Shown one piece after another: positions 10,758-19,814 of a stretch of 64,000 nt of DNA. Source of the stretch: a virus; the IMG/VR virus record IMGVR_UViG_3300021963_000037, positions 64,001 to 128,000 of that record; one strand, 5' to 3'. The position numbers and the translations under genes are program-made. Positions within the stretch are counted from its first letter, which is position 1; the number at the start of each line of letters is the position of its first letter. The notes under the pieces are model-generated. The model was not told where the DNA came from. It made no database searches and saw only the letters and a program-made list of their open reading frames with translations.

Positions 10758-11126
10758 ATGAAAACATTTGCTGAATATTTAGCTGAACAAGACGTAACTG
10801 CAAAAGACCTACAGGTTCTATCAGAATCTCTTGTTTCAGAATGGACTCCAGAATTAGAGGCTAAAGTAGATGCTGCATTAGAAGAATTTACTGCTACATA
10901 TATGAACGAAGACGGTACTTATAATATCGAAAAATTCAATGATGAACTTACTAATGAAGGTCTTCTTGGTTCTATTATTGGTGGTTTAACTGGATTTGCT
11001 CTTGGTTCTACAATTGGTAAAACAGTAGCTAAAGTATTGGGAGTTCAAAGTGGAGTCCTTTACGATTTATTAACTTCAAGACTTGTTGGCGCCGCTCTTG
11101 GTGCAACTCTTGGTAATAGAATCTAA
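10758..11126 (+). CDS. Putative internal head protein with capsid-targeting-like N-terminus and glycine-zipper membrane helices
   Basis: MKTFAEYLAE N-terminus; GLLGSIIGGLTGFALG and LVGAALGATLG; late motif AATATATA at 10746. Confidence 0.5.
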   Translation: MKTFAEYLAEQDVTAKDLQVLSESLVSEWTPELEAKVDAALEEFTATYMNEDGTYNIEKFNDELTNEGLLGSIIGGLTGFALGSTIGKTVAKVLGVQSGVLYDLLTSRLVGAALGATLGNRI

Positions 11127-11127
11127 T

Positions 11128-11763
11128 ATGAATTATATAGGGATAGATTTCTCATTAAACTCTCCGGGTATTGTTGTTCTAAATAATGAACTTAACTTTA
11201 TTTCTTTCTTAAAGCCAGGATCTGGCACAAAAGCTGACCAAGCTTTACAATCTCATATCTCAACTCTTAATGGTGTAACTCTTGTTTCTCAACCAGAATA
11301 CGAGAAGTCCAAAGAGTTTTCTTCTCAAGAACTTTTAAAACTTAATCGTTTTGTCGATATGGCAGAACAAATTATCGGTCTTATTAAAACCAAGATTGAT
11401 GACACTCCATGTGTTTTTGCCTTTGAAGGCGTTTCTTATGGGTCGAATGGAGGAACAAATAATCTTATTGATATGGCGGCTGCCGCTGCAATCTTCAAAT
11501 ACAAGATAATTACTTCTTTTAGTAATATTGAGAATATTCTTACGGTTGCTCCATCAACAATTAAGAAACATGCTGGAAAAGGAAACATGAATAAAAGGCT
11601 TTTGTGGGACGTTTTTACCGAGAATCGTTTGAGTGATCCGAACCTGGAATCCTCAGAGCTCCATAAGCACGTTAAAACCCTTGAAATTGGGAAGTCCGTC
11701 CCGAAGCCCTTAGATGATTTAGTGGACGCTTACTTCCTTGCAAGCTATATCTCAGCGCTCTAA
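11128..11763 (+). CDS. RuvC-like Holliday junction resolvase
   Basis: YIGIDFSLNSPG, FAFEG, PSTIKK...GKGNMNK and DDLVDAY acidic motifs; start taken at ATG 11128. Confidence 0.75.
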   Translation: MNYIGIDFSLNSPGIVVLNNELNFISFLKPGSGTKADQALQSHISTLNGVTLVSQPEYEKSKEFSSQELLKLNRFVDMAEQIIGLIKTKIDDTPCVFAFEGVSYGSNGGTNNLIDMAAAAAIFKYKIITSFSNIENILTVAPSTIKKHAGKGNMNKRLLWDVFTENRLSDPNLESSELHKHVKTLEIGKSVPKPLDDLVDAYFLASYISAL

Positions 11764-11908
11764 GAACCTTATCTTCACCTGAAACCCAAATCTTATATTA
11801 CACTTGTCACGGTTTGTTTCAAGATTTTAGAACTATTTTTAAAAAAAGTGAAAATAATTTTAGAGATATATAGAATGAGTGAGTAAGACACCTTTTATTT
11901 GAAAAAAT

Positions 11909-11935
11909 GAAACAAATCTAATTTACTCGATATAA
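11909..11935 (+). promoter_or_regulatory. Middle-type promoter GAAAC-N17-TATAA upstream of gp32
   Basis: Same bipartite motif and 17 nt spacer at 25767, 27147, 36996 and 56427, with variants at 31546 and 47088. Confidence 0.65.
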
Positions 11936-11938
11936 ACC

Positions 11939-12014
11939 TTAACGTTTTAAAATTTAAAGGGCCCTTAAAGTTTAACGTATTAAACAATTTAAAGAAAATT
12001 AAAGTATTAAAGAC
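11939..12014 (+). promoter_or_regulatory. gp32 translational autoregulatory operator-like leader (TTAAA repeats)
   Basis: Seven TTAAA and two TTAAC units immediately before the gp32 ATG, resembling the UUAAA-repeat operator of T4 gene 32. Confidence 0.55.
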
Positions 12015-12941
12015 ATGGCAGATTTTGACATTTTCAACCTTAGTGTTGACGCAGTAGACACACATGAAGTACAGAGCACTGGTTCTGGCAACGACATCTA
12101 CAAACCAACAGCCGATGAAGGCAAAGACGGAACTTACAAAGCACTTATTCGTTTTGTTCCAAACCCAAAGAATCCCCGCAATTCACTTGTTAAAAAGTAC
12201 GTACATTGGCTAACTGATGCTAGTGGTGACGGAAAATTAGTTGACTCACCATCTTCTATCGGTGAAAAGTGTCCAATTGCAGAGGCATTCTTCAAATTAC
12301 GTAAATCAGACTCAGCAGTTGATCGCAAGATTGCAGACAAGTTGAAAAGACGTGAACAGTATTACGCTTTGATTAAAATTATCAAAGATCCTCAACACCC
12401 TGAATTCGAAGGTCAGTACAAAATCTTCAAGTTTGGTTACAAAATCAAAGAGAAAATCGATGAAGAATTGAAACCAGCATTTGGAGAACCAACTCAAATT
12501 TTCGATCTATTCAATGGTAAAAACTTCGAACTTATTATTACTCGTCAAGGAGAATATAATAACTACGATAAGTCTAAATTCGCATCTAGCAAATCAGCAA
12601 TTACTGTTGATGGAGAAGCTGCAGAAAAGACTCAAGAAGTTATGACCAAAATCAAAACTGAATTAGATGCAGCTCCTTCTTTAGAACCATACGAATACAA
12701 AGCATGGGATGATGAAACTCGCGATTTCGTGAACTCATTACTTCGTCAGTATTTGAATCCAGGTTCTTCAATCGATGAGATTGTATCAAAACCTAAAGCT
12801 AAAGCAGCTCCTAAAGCTGAGCCAAAAGTAGAAGAGTCAAATGATTTTGATTTCGATACAACACCAGCTCCTAAGACAGAAGCAGCAGCGGTAGATAGTT
12901 CTGATGACTTAGATTCGTTTTTGAATGACCTCGACCTCTAA
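12015..12941 (+). CDS. gp32: Single-stranded DNA-binding protein (T4 gp32-like)
   Basis: ALIRFVP, CPI, KIIKDPQHPEFEG, FKFGYKI, G.NF.L, NYDKSKF and acidic tail DDLDSFLNDLDL. Confidence 0.92.
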   Translation: MADFDIFNLSVDAVDTHEVQSTGSGNDIYKPTADEGKDGTYKALIRFVPNPKNPRNSLVKKYVHWLTDASGDGKLVDSPSSIGEKCPIAEAFFKLRKSDSAVDRKIADKLKRREQYYALIKIIKDPQHPEFEGQYKIFKFGYKIKEKIDEELKPAFGEPTQIFDLFNGKNFELIITRQGEYNNYDKSKFASSKSAITVDGEAAEKTQEVMTKIKTELDAAPSLEPYEYKAWDDETRDFVNSLLRQYLNPGSSIDEIVSKPKAKAAPKAEPKVEESNDFDFDTTPAPKTEAAAVDSSDDLDSFLNDLDL

Positions 12942-14004
12942 TATATCAGAAGACTTAAAACACACAATCAAACTCTTAGTTAAGAAAGTATTAGTTCAAG
13001 AACATACGGTCCAAAATAAGACGATGATTAAGGAAATGCCAGGGCGAATAACTCTGGCATGTCCTTATTGTGGTGACTCGTATTCCGATGACAAAAAGAA
13101 ACGTGGTAATATCTATTGGGACACTTTACAGTATCATTGTTTTAACTGTTCCCAACATGGAGATGTTTATAGTTTCTTAAAAGATCACGGTGTCCGTTTT
13201 GGTAGTTCTGAAGATTCAGTTCAAGTAATTGAGTGGATTAAAGAAAACAAAGCAGAGTCCCATCATGTTGATGTTTTACAGTATGGTATATTTGAAAAGA
13301 TTGGACAATTAGCGCCAACTATCGAAGAATTACGAGTTGCACTTAAGATGACCTACATTTCGGTAGGAGATGCACCTTGGTTATATCTAAGAAAGAGATT
13401 TCTTTCAAACAAATTAGAAAACTTCCTCTATTCCCCCAAAGACAAAAGAATCTATGTTCTAAATTTAGGACCAGACGGAAAAGTAATTGGAATGCAGTCA
13501 AGAACTCTTGTTAAAACTAGCAATTCTAAATACTTAACCTACGATCTTGAAAAGATATTAGAGTGGATGGGAAAGCCTATTGAAATAGATGAAGCAGAGA
13601 AAATGGCAATTAGTAAAATATCAACCTTATTTGGTATTATGAAAACTGACTTTACTCGACCAGTTACAATATTTGAAGGACCATTAGATCGAATGTTTAT
13701 GAATAATTCATTAGCACTTTCCTCTGTAGGGCGAGACACGACTGAGCTCGACCAGGTTCCAACAATTCGTTATATGTTCGATAATGATAAAGCTGGTAAA
13801 ACAAAAATGATTGAAAAGCTAAAAGCTGGAAAATCAGTCTTTATGTGGTCCAAATTTCTCAAAGATACTAAAATGGATAAATATAAAGAACCTATTAAAG
13901 ATTTAAACGACTTAGTAATGGCCGCTTACATAAACAAAAGTGATTGTTTAACTAAAATAAACGACTACTTTTCAAACTCAATGTTAGATGCGTACTACTT
14001 ATAA
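12925..14004 (+). CDS. gp61: DNA primase (T4 gp61-like)
   Basis: Zn finger CPYCGDS...HCFNC; TOPRIM motifs FEGPLD, FDND, KDLND. Confidence 0.88.
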   Translation: MTSTSNISEDLKHTIKLLVKKVLVQEHTVQNKTMIKEMPGRITLACPYCGDSYSDDKKKRGNIYWDTLQYHCFNCSQHGDVYSFLKDHGVRFGSSEDSVQVIEWIKENKAESHHVDVLQYGIFEKIGQLAPTIEELRVALKMTYISVGDAPWLYLRKRFLSNKLENFLYSPKDKRIYVLNLGPDGKVIGMQSRTLVKTSNSKYLTYDLEKILEWMGKPIEIDEAEKMAISKISTLFGIMKTDFTRPVTIFEGPLDRMFMNNSLALSSVGRDTTELDQVPTIRYMFDNDKAGKTKMIEKLKAGKSVFMWSKFLKDTKMDKYKEPIKDLNDLVMAAYINKSDCLTKINDYFSNSMLDAYYL

Positions 14005-14227
14005 AAATAGACAGGTTCTAGCTATGATAGAACAAGAATTTGAAGATTTCGAAAAGGACAGAGAAAACAGCAGCAAAGGACTAAAAACCATTGTTGACTT
14101 TGGCGTTTCGAAAATTGAATATGATGGTACAACAATTAAAACACAGTTGAAACCTAAGTTCAAAGCAAAGATTAAAAGCAGTGTTTATATTAAACCTAAC
14201 TCAGACAGCAAAAACTCGCTGTTTTAA
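13988..14227 (+). CDS. Small hypothetical protein ending in SLF (start may be ATG 14024)
   Basis: ORF in the replication operon between primase and UvsY. Confidence 0.5.
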   Translation: MRTTYKNRQVLAMIEQEFEDFEKDRENSSKGLKTIVDFGVSKIEYDGTTIKTQLKPKFKAKIKSSVYIKPNSDSKNSLF

Positions 14228-14237
14228 AATTAAATAA

Positions 14238-14672
14238 ATGGAAGTTGAAACTAAAGTAAATAAATTGCAGCAGTTAGATGAGTATCTAGCTACTCAAAGG
14301 ACTGAATGGACTAGTAAAATTCGAGGTGTTGCAGATGATTTAAAACATGGTAACAATCTCCCAGAAGTCTCATCTTACGCATTAAGTTATCGACAAATTT
14401 TAGTCGATATGATTGCATCTATTAGTTCTAAAATCAGAACTCAAAAAGCAAAAATAGATCGAGAATATAAATCAGCGTGGGTAGGATATTATCAATATGA
14501 TTATAAACTATCTGATGGACAACGCGCTAAATTTATTGAGGCTGACTTGTCAGAAGATTATCAAGTACAACAATTATTAGAGATGCAAAGAGATTTCTTT
14601 AATGGTTCTGTAAAAACTCTTGATAACATTGGATTTGCAATTAAGAATCGAATTGACATGAAACAGTTATAA
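14238..14672 (+). CDS. uvsY: Recombination mediator UvsY-like protein
   Basis: Helical 144 aa protein with ...IEAD...KTLDNIGFAIKNRID C-terminus; adjacent to uvsW. Confidence 0.7.
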   Translation: MEVETKVNKLQQLDEYLATQRTEWTSKIRGVADDLKHGNNLPEVSSYALSYRQILVDMIASISSKIRTQKAKIDREYKSAWVGYYQYDYKLSDGQRAKFIEADLSEDYQVQQLLEMQRDFFNGSVKTLDNIGFAIKNRIDMKQL

Positions 14673-14687
14673 AAATATTAGAATGTT

Positions 14688-16196
14688 TTGGTAATAACAT
14701 TAACAGACGATAATAGGTTTCTAAGAATCGACGAAGCAAGTGAAATTGAAATTGAACAAATTAATTTAAGTCTCACTAAAAGAATTGACGGATGGAGATT
14801 CAACCCCTTAGTTAAGAGGGGAGTATGGGATGGTTACGTCTCGTATATTAAAGATAACAAATGGATTCCTGTAGGTTTATGGAGATATGTCATGGAAACC
14901 TGCAAGGAATACAATTTTGATTTAAAACTAAATGGTATTACCAGATTGTTTGATCGAAATATTTCAGCCGAAGGATTTGAAACTTGGGCAAATGCATTTT
15001 TTGATGGCTATCATCTTCAACCGAGAGATTATCAAATTGATGCATCTTATAATATCTTAAAATTTAGAAAGTGTCTTGCTGAATTGGCAACATCTGCTGG
15101 AAAAACGATGATTTCGTTTATGACAGTTGCTTATATGCTAGAGAAACAGAAGGCACAGAAAATCCTTTTTATAGTACCTAACGTTTCACTGGTTGTACAA
15201 GCTAGCGAAGACTTTGTTGACTATAATTGGAGAAACCAAGTGAAGATACGTATCCAACAAATCTACGCAGGTCAGAAAATTAAACCCAATTCAAATGTCG
15301 TAATTGGTACATATCAATCCCTAATTAAAAAAGAAAAAGAATATTTTGATGACTTTGATGCTGTTATTGTTGATGAAACACATAAAGCAAAATCACAGTC
15401 AATTAAAGATATTTTAGCAAAGTGTAGAAATGCACAATATAAATTTGGTTTATCTGGTACAATTCCAAAAGATGGTACACTAGATAAACTAACACTAATG
15501 TCCCAAACCGGCCCGGTAATTACTGAAGTAAAAGCAGCTTTCTTACAACAAGAAGGGCATATTGCAAAATGCCGAGTTAAGGTTATTGAAATGGATTACG
15601 CTCCCGCTGCAACAAAGCAAGCATTTATGGAGTTAGCACAAAATAGATATGAAAGCAAAGATGTTTTCCAACTCGAACAAAATTATATCATCAACAACAA
15701 AGCACGCCTTGACTTTGTTGTCAACGTTATTTCCAGAATACCAAGGAATTCTCTTGTACTTTTCCACAGAATCGAACATGGTAAAAAATTATACGATGCT
15801 CTTCGCCAAAGAAGCCAAAAGAAGGTTTATTATGTTGACGGAGGGACAGATTCTGATATTCGAGAAGAATACAAAAAGAAAATGGAAGCTGGTGAAGAGA
15901 TCGTCATCGTTGCCTCTTATGGCACGTTTTCTACCGGAATCTCAATTAAAAAGATTCATAGCGTATTCTTCACAGAATCATTTAAATCAGAAGTCATCAT
16001 TAGACAATCAATTGGTCGAGGACTTAGACAACATGAGTCCAAAAAAGAGGTAATTATTGTAGATTTCGTTGATAATTTATCAACACCTGATTGGGAATGT
16101 TACCTATTTAGACATGGTCAAGTTAGACAACAAATCTATAAGCAAGAAAAATTCAATTTCGACATCAAACAGGTCACATTTGATGGGTCTGAATAA
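14688..16196 (+). CDS. uvsW: SF2 DNA helicase UvsW
   Basis: WDG, RDYQ, ATSAGKT, DETH, SGT and QSIGRGLR motifs. Confidence 0.92.
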   Translation: MVITLTDDNRFLRIDEASEIEIEQINLSLTKRIDGWRFNPLVKRGVWDGYVSYIKDNKWIPVGLWRYVMETCKEYNFDLKLNGITRLFDRNISAEGFETWANAFFDGYHLQPRDYQIDASYNILKFRKCLAELATSAGKTMISFMTVAYMLEKQKAQKILFIVPNVSLVVQASEDFVDYNWRNQVKIRIQQIYAGQKIKPNSNVVIGTYQSLIKKEKEYFDDFDAVIVDETHKAKSQSIKDILAKCRNAQYKFGLSGTIPKDGTLDKLTLMSQTGPVITEVKAAFLQQEGHIAKCRVKVIEMDYAPAATKQAFMELAQNRYESKDVFQLEQNYIINNKARLDFVVNVISRIPRNSLVLFHRIEHGKKLYDALRQRSQKKVYYVDGGTDSDIREEYKKKMEAGEEIVIVASYGTFSTGISIKKIHSVFFTESFKSEVIIRQSIGRGLRQHESKKEVIIVDFVDNLSTPDWECYLFRHGQVRQQIYKQEKFNFDIKQVTFDGSE

Positions 16197-16221
16197 TGGA
16201 CAAAGTTCATTAAATCATACG

Positions 16222-16229
16222 AATATATA
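16222..16229 (+). promoter_or_regulatory. Late promoter AATATATA
   Basis: RATAWATA motif recurs before nearly all structural genes in the window. Confidence 0.6.
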
Positions 16230-16258
16230 AGATAAGACTGTAAAAAAATATTAAAACA

Positions 16259-18475
16259 ATGGAACTAAACAAAATTACATCGTTTAAGACTTTCTCAGAA
16301 TTAAAATCTCAAAAGGATGCAGTTAAAACTGAGCAAGAAAATAAGACGAAAAGAGTTAAATCTTTAGAGAAAATCTCTTCTATTTTAGATGAATTGGAAA
16401 TCAACGATATGTCTGAATTAGACGAAGAGAAGAAAAAAGCGTTATATGCTAAACTATTTAGTGAAGATCGTGCTGAAGAAATTGAAGCAGAAATCGTTGC
16501 TAAAGGTAAAGAAAAAGATGAGTCTGACGAAGTTGGAGACCTTATAAATAAAGGTATTGCTGACGAAGTTGAAGAAGATAAAGCTGAAGATATCGAAGAC
16601 GATATTAATAAATTAGGAGAACCTAAAGAAGAAGATCCTAAAGATGGTGAAGAATTAGAATCTGAACTTGATGAGGCTAAAGTTACATTAGATGCAATGG
16701 AACCAGACGAAGAAGGTCTTGTTAAATTCTGTAAAAAGAAAGGCATCAAATGGAAAATTGTAAATATGAATGGTCCAGCTGCTAATTACCCAGAAGTTGA
16801 GTACATTGGTAAAAAGAAGGATCTTGAAACAATGATTCAAGATTTTTGGGGTAAAGATAGTGGTTTAGAAGAGTTTATCGAAGAATCTATTGTTTCTGAA
16901 GCTCGTTCTATTAATAAGATCCAAAATGACTGGACCAAAGTAACAGCTGGTATGGCTGAACTTGCTAAACAATGGAAAGCCGCTGAAGGTGATGCAAAAG
17001 CTGCATTACTTGCTAAAATGAAAGAAGAAACTGCTAAGAAAAAAGCTTTAGAAGCTGAATTAGACGATGCAGTTACTGGTAAAGATAAAGATTTGGAATT
17101 AGTAGTTACTGAAGGTAATGCTTTTACTGGAGCCTTATTTGCTGCTAGAAATAAAGGAGAGAAAACATTTGAATTTAACGGTAAAACTTATAATGTTCGT
17201 GGTTCTAAAGTTAATGAAGAAGACGATGAAGTTAAAGAAGCTGTTGAAGTTGAAGAAGGTAATGCTTTTGGAGATGCTGTTAGAAAAGCTAAAGAAGCTG
17301 GAGAGAAAGAATTTGAATTTGATGGTAAAACATACAAAGTAGAAGAAGCTTTAACTGAAGGTTCTCATGGTATGGCTAAAAGATTACTTCAAGAAATTAT
17401 TGATGGTAATACTTCAAGAGCAGAAGGTACTAAAATGTCTAAAGAGTTAGCTGCACATTTTCTAACTTGGGTTGAAAGTTCTCCATTCGGAAAGAAAAAC
17501 GGAAACTTACCATTAGATATGTTGATTAAAGCATCATTTAACTGGGGTATTGAAAGAGGTTTAGATCCTAAATTAAAAGGTGAATTATCAAAATTAAAAG
17601 AAACTGTTAAAGAATCTAATGAAATCGAAGAAGGTAATGCTTTTGGAGATGCTGTTAGAAAAGCTAAAGAAGCTGGAGAGAAGGAATTCGAATTTGACGG
17701 TAAGAAATATAAAGTTGAAGAGTCTAAACACAATCCATCTGTTAAAGTGGTTGTAGAATCTGTAAATGAAGCAAAGCAATTTGATAAAGATTATGCAGAT
17801 ATGGAAACTTCTATTAAAAGAGGTATTGGTTGGATCGATCCTGAATATACAGCAGATACTTGGGAAAATTCATCAGACACTATAGATTTTGAATTAGTAA
17901 GTTCTGAAATCTATAAAAGATTAATCAAAGCCGGTTTATTATGGACATCTGAAGATGGCGAAACAAAAGATAAACAAATAAAATCTTTAAAAGAATTAGG
18001 TATTAAAGAATCAGTTGTTAATGAAGCTGAAATTAAATCTGAAGACGAATTTAAAGATTATGCAATGACTGTTTTAAAAAAAGCATTTGGCGACGAATTT
18101 GATGAAGCTAAAGCTGGAGAAGTAGTTGATGGTATTCTTAAAAAATGTGATGGTGATTTCGGTGCAGCAGTTGGTATGTTGACAAGTTCTCTTGGAGAAT
18201 CTGTTACTAATGAAGCAATAGACACTAAATATTGGGCAGATTACAACACTGATACTTCTGGTCATGGAGATCCAGCAAACTCAATTAAATTAAAAGTTTT
18301 TGATATTGCTTTTGAAGAAGCCGTAGAATCATGGAATGATGAAGCAGATGGTGAAGAAAATCAAATCAATGACAAACAAGCTGATAAGATTGAAAGATTA
18401 GCAAAAGAATTCTTTAGAAAAGAAAAATGGATTTCAATTAATGTCATTCACGCAATGATTGCACAGGAATCCTAA
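16259..18475 (+). CDS. Acidic internal head protein, probable prohead-protease-processed polyprotein
   Basis: KITSFKTFSE N-terminal motif; modules separated by (V/L/I/T)xE-A/G sites; internal repeats EGNAF...FEF.GK.Y.V. Confidence 0.55.
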   Translation: MELNKITSFKTFSELKSQKDAVKTEQENKTKRVKSLEKISSILDELEINDMSELDEEKKKALYAKLFSEDRAEEIEAEIVAKGKEKDESDEVGDLINKGIADEVEEDKAEDIEDDINKLGEPKEEDPKDGEELESELDEAKVTLDAMEPDEEGLVKFCKKKGIKWKIVNMNGPAANYPEVEYIGKKKDLETMIQDFWGKDSGLEEFIEESIVSEARSINKIQNDWTKVTAGMAELAKQWKAAEGDAKAALLAKMKEETAKKKALEAELDDAVTGKDKDLELVVTEGNAFTGALFAARNKGEKTFEFNGKTYNVRGSKVNEEDDEVKEAVEVEEGNAFGDAVRKAKEAGEKEFEFDGKTYKVEEALTEGSHGMAKRLLQEIIDGNTSRAEGTKMSKELAAHFLTWVESSPFGKKNGNLPLDMLIKASFNWGIERGLDPKLKGELSKLKETVKESNEIEEGNAFGDAVRKAKEAGEKEFEFDGKKYKVEESKHNPSVKVVVESVNEAKQFDKDYADMETSIKRGIGWIDPEYTADTWENSSDTIDFELVSSEIYKRLIKAGLLWTSEDGETKDKQIKSLKELGIKESVVNEAEIKSEDEFKDYAMTVLKKAFGDEFDEAKAGEVVDGILKKCDGDFGAAVGMLTSSLGESVTNEAIDTKYWADYNTDTSGHGDPANSIKLKVFDIAFEEAVESWNDEADGEENQINDKQADKIERLAKEFFRKEKWISINVIHAMIAQES
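17252..17721 (+). repeat. Direct repeat of about 95 bp (17252-17346 and 17627-17721) encoding EEGNAFGDAVRKAKEAGEKEFEFDGKxYKVEE; divergent third copy from 17111
   Basis: Near-identical copies 375 bp apart, differing mostly at synonymous positions. Confidence 0.9.
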
Positions 18476-18493
18476 TAAAATAGAATAAATATT

Positions 18494-18525
18494 AGACCTG
18501 AGTATAAAACACTCGGGTCTTTTTT
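18494..18525 (+). terminator. Rho-independent terminator
   Basis: AGACCTGAGT-loop-ACTCGGGTCT followed by a T tract. Confidence 0.75.
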
Positions 18526-18532
18526 GAATATT

Positions 18533-19813
18533 ATGAAACTATACAACTACAACGAATTCTTACTAGAAAAATGGAACTCAAAGTTTCCATCATTGGTAAT
18601 GGAAGGTGGAGCAGCAGGTCATATGATGCATCCATTTGATGATAACTCATTGACTTTCGGAGATATGAAACATTTAATCGATTCTGCTTTGCAAGGTCGT
18701 TTAGATTTTGAAGAGGCTCCAACTGAAAAAACTGATGGACAAAACTTATTTGTTACAGTTACTGCAGCAGGTAAAGTTTTATTTGCTAGAAATAAAGGTC
18801 AAATGGCTAACCCAATTGATTTAAGCTCAATCACTTCGATGTTCAAGGATCACCCTTCAGCTGGAGTAAGAGATACATTCACTTATGCAGCAAGTGACTT
18901 AGCAAGTGCTTTAGGATCACTAAAGGGTACAGATATAGAAGACTTCAATGACGGTAAATCATTTATGAATATGGAGTTAATTTATTCTGGAAATTCAAAT
19001 GTAATTAATTATGACCGTGACGTTATTCAATTCCATGGTATTGTTCATACTGATGGAGCTGGAAATCAAATAGGTTCTGATTCTAGTGTAGCTAGAAAAG
19101 TACAAGCTGCTCTTAATAAAGTAACAGCTGACGTACAAAAGACATTTAAAATTATTCCTCCACAAGATTTGCAGATTGGAAAAACTGTAAACTTTGACGA
19201 GAAAAAGAAATACTTTTTAGATAAAGTTATTGCATTACAAAACACTTATAAATTATCTGATTCAGATCCTGTATCTAAATACCATGAAATGTGGTGGACC
19301 GAATTAATTGCTAAAACTTTCTCTAATTTAGATACAATCACACAAGCTGGATTGGTACAAAGATGGGCGTTTGATGACAAGAAAACATTAAACATGAGAG
19401 ATGTTAGTAAACAAATTGGAGATAGTGAATATAAAAAACTACAAGAATTTGAAAAAACTGATGCTAAAAAGAAATATAAAGAAAACATCATGCCATTCGA
19501 AAATATCTTTCTTGAATTAGGTTCAGTAGTATTAAAGAATGTTTCAAATTTATTAGCAGCAAACCCAGATCAAGAGATGCAGAGACTTCACAATCAAATT
19601 AGAACTGAAGCTGACAAAATCAAACAAAACGGAGACCTTTCACAAATTTCAAAAGTTGAATCAGAATTGGCACGTTTAGAAAGAATTGGCGGAATCGATT
19701 CAATTATTCCAAGTGAAGGTTTAGTTTTTAAATTTAAAGGTAAATTGTACAAATTAACCGGTACATTCGCTGCAATAAATCAATTAATGGGTATTATAAA
19801 ATACGGAAGATAA
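18533..19813 (+). CDS. ATP-dependent ligase/nucleotidyltransferase-fold protein (RNA ligase-like, DUF6267-like)
   Basis: Motif I TEKTDGQN, III NMELIY, IV EGLVF, V KLYKLTG; EGGAAGHM.HPFD N-terminus; start taken at ATG 18533. Confidence 0.6.
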   Translation: MKLYNYNEFLLEKWNSKFPSLVMEGGAAGHMMHPFDDNSLTFGDMKHLIDSALQGRLDFEEAPTEKTDGQNLFVTVTAAGKVLFARNKGQMANPIDLSSITSMFKDHPSAGVRDTFTYAASDLASALGSLKGTDIEDFNDGKSFMNMELIYSGNSNVINYDRDVIQFHGIVHTDGAGNQIGSDSSVARKVQAALNKVTADVQKTFKIIPPQDLQIGKTVNFDEKKKYFLDKVIALQNTYKLSDSDPVSKYHEMWWTELIAKTFSNLDTITQAGLVQRWAFDDKKTLNMRDVSKQIGDSEYKKLQEFEKTDAKKKYKENIMPFENIFLELGSVVLKNVSNLLAANPDQEMQRLHNQIRTEADKIKQNGDLSQISKVESELARLERIGGIDSIIPSEGLVFKFKGKLYKLTGTFAAINQLMGIIKYGR

Positions 19814-19814
19814 A

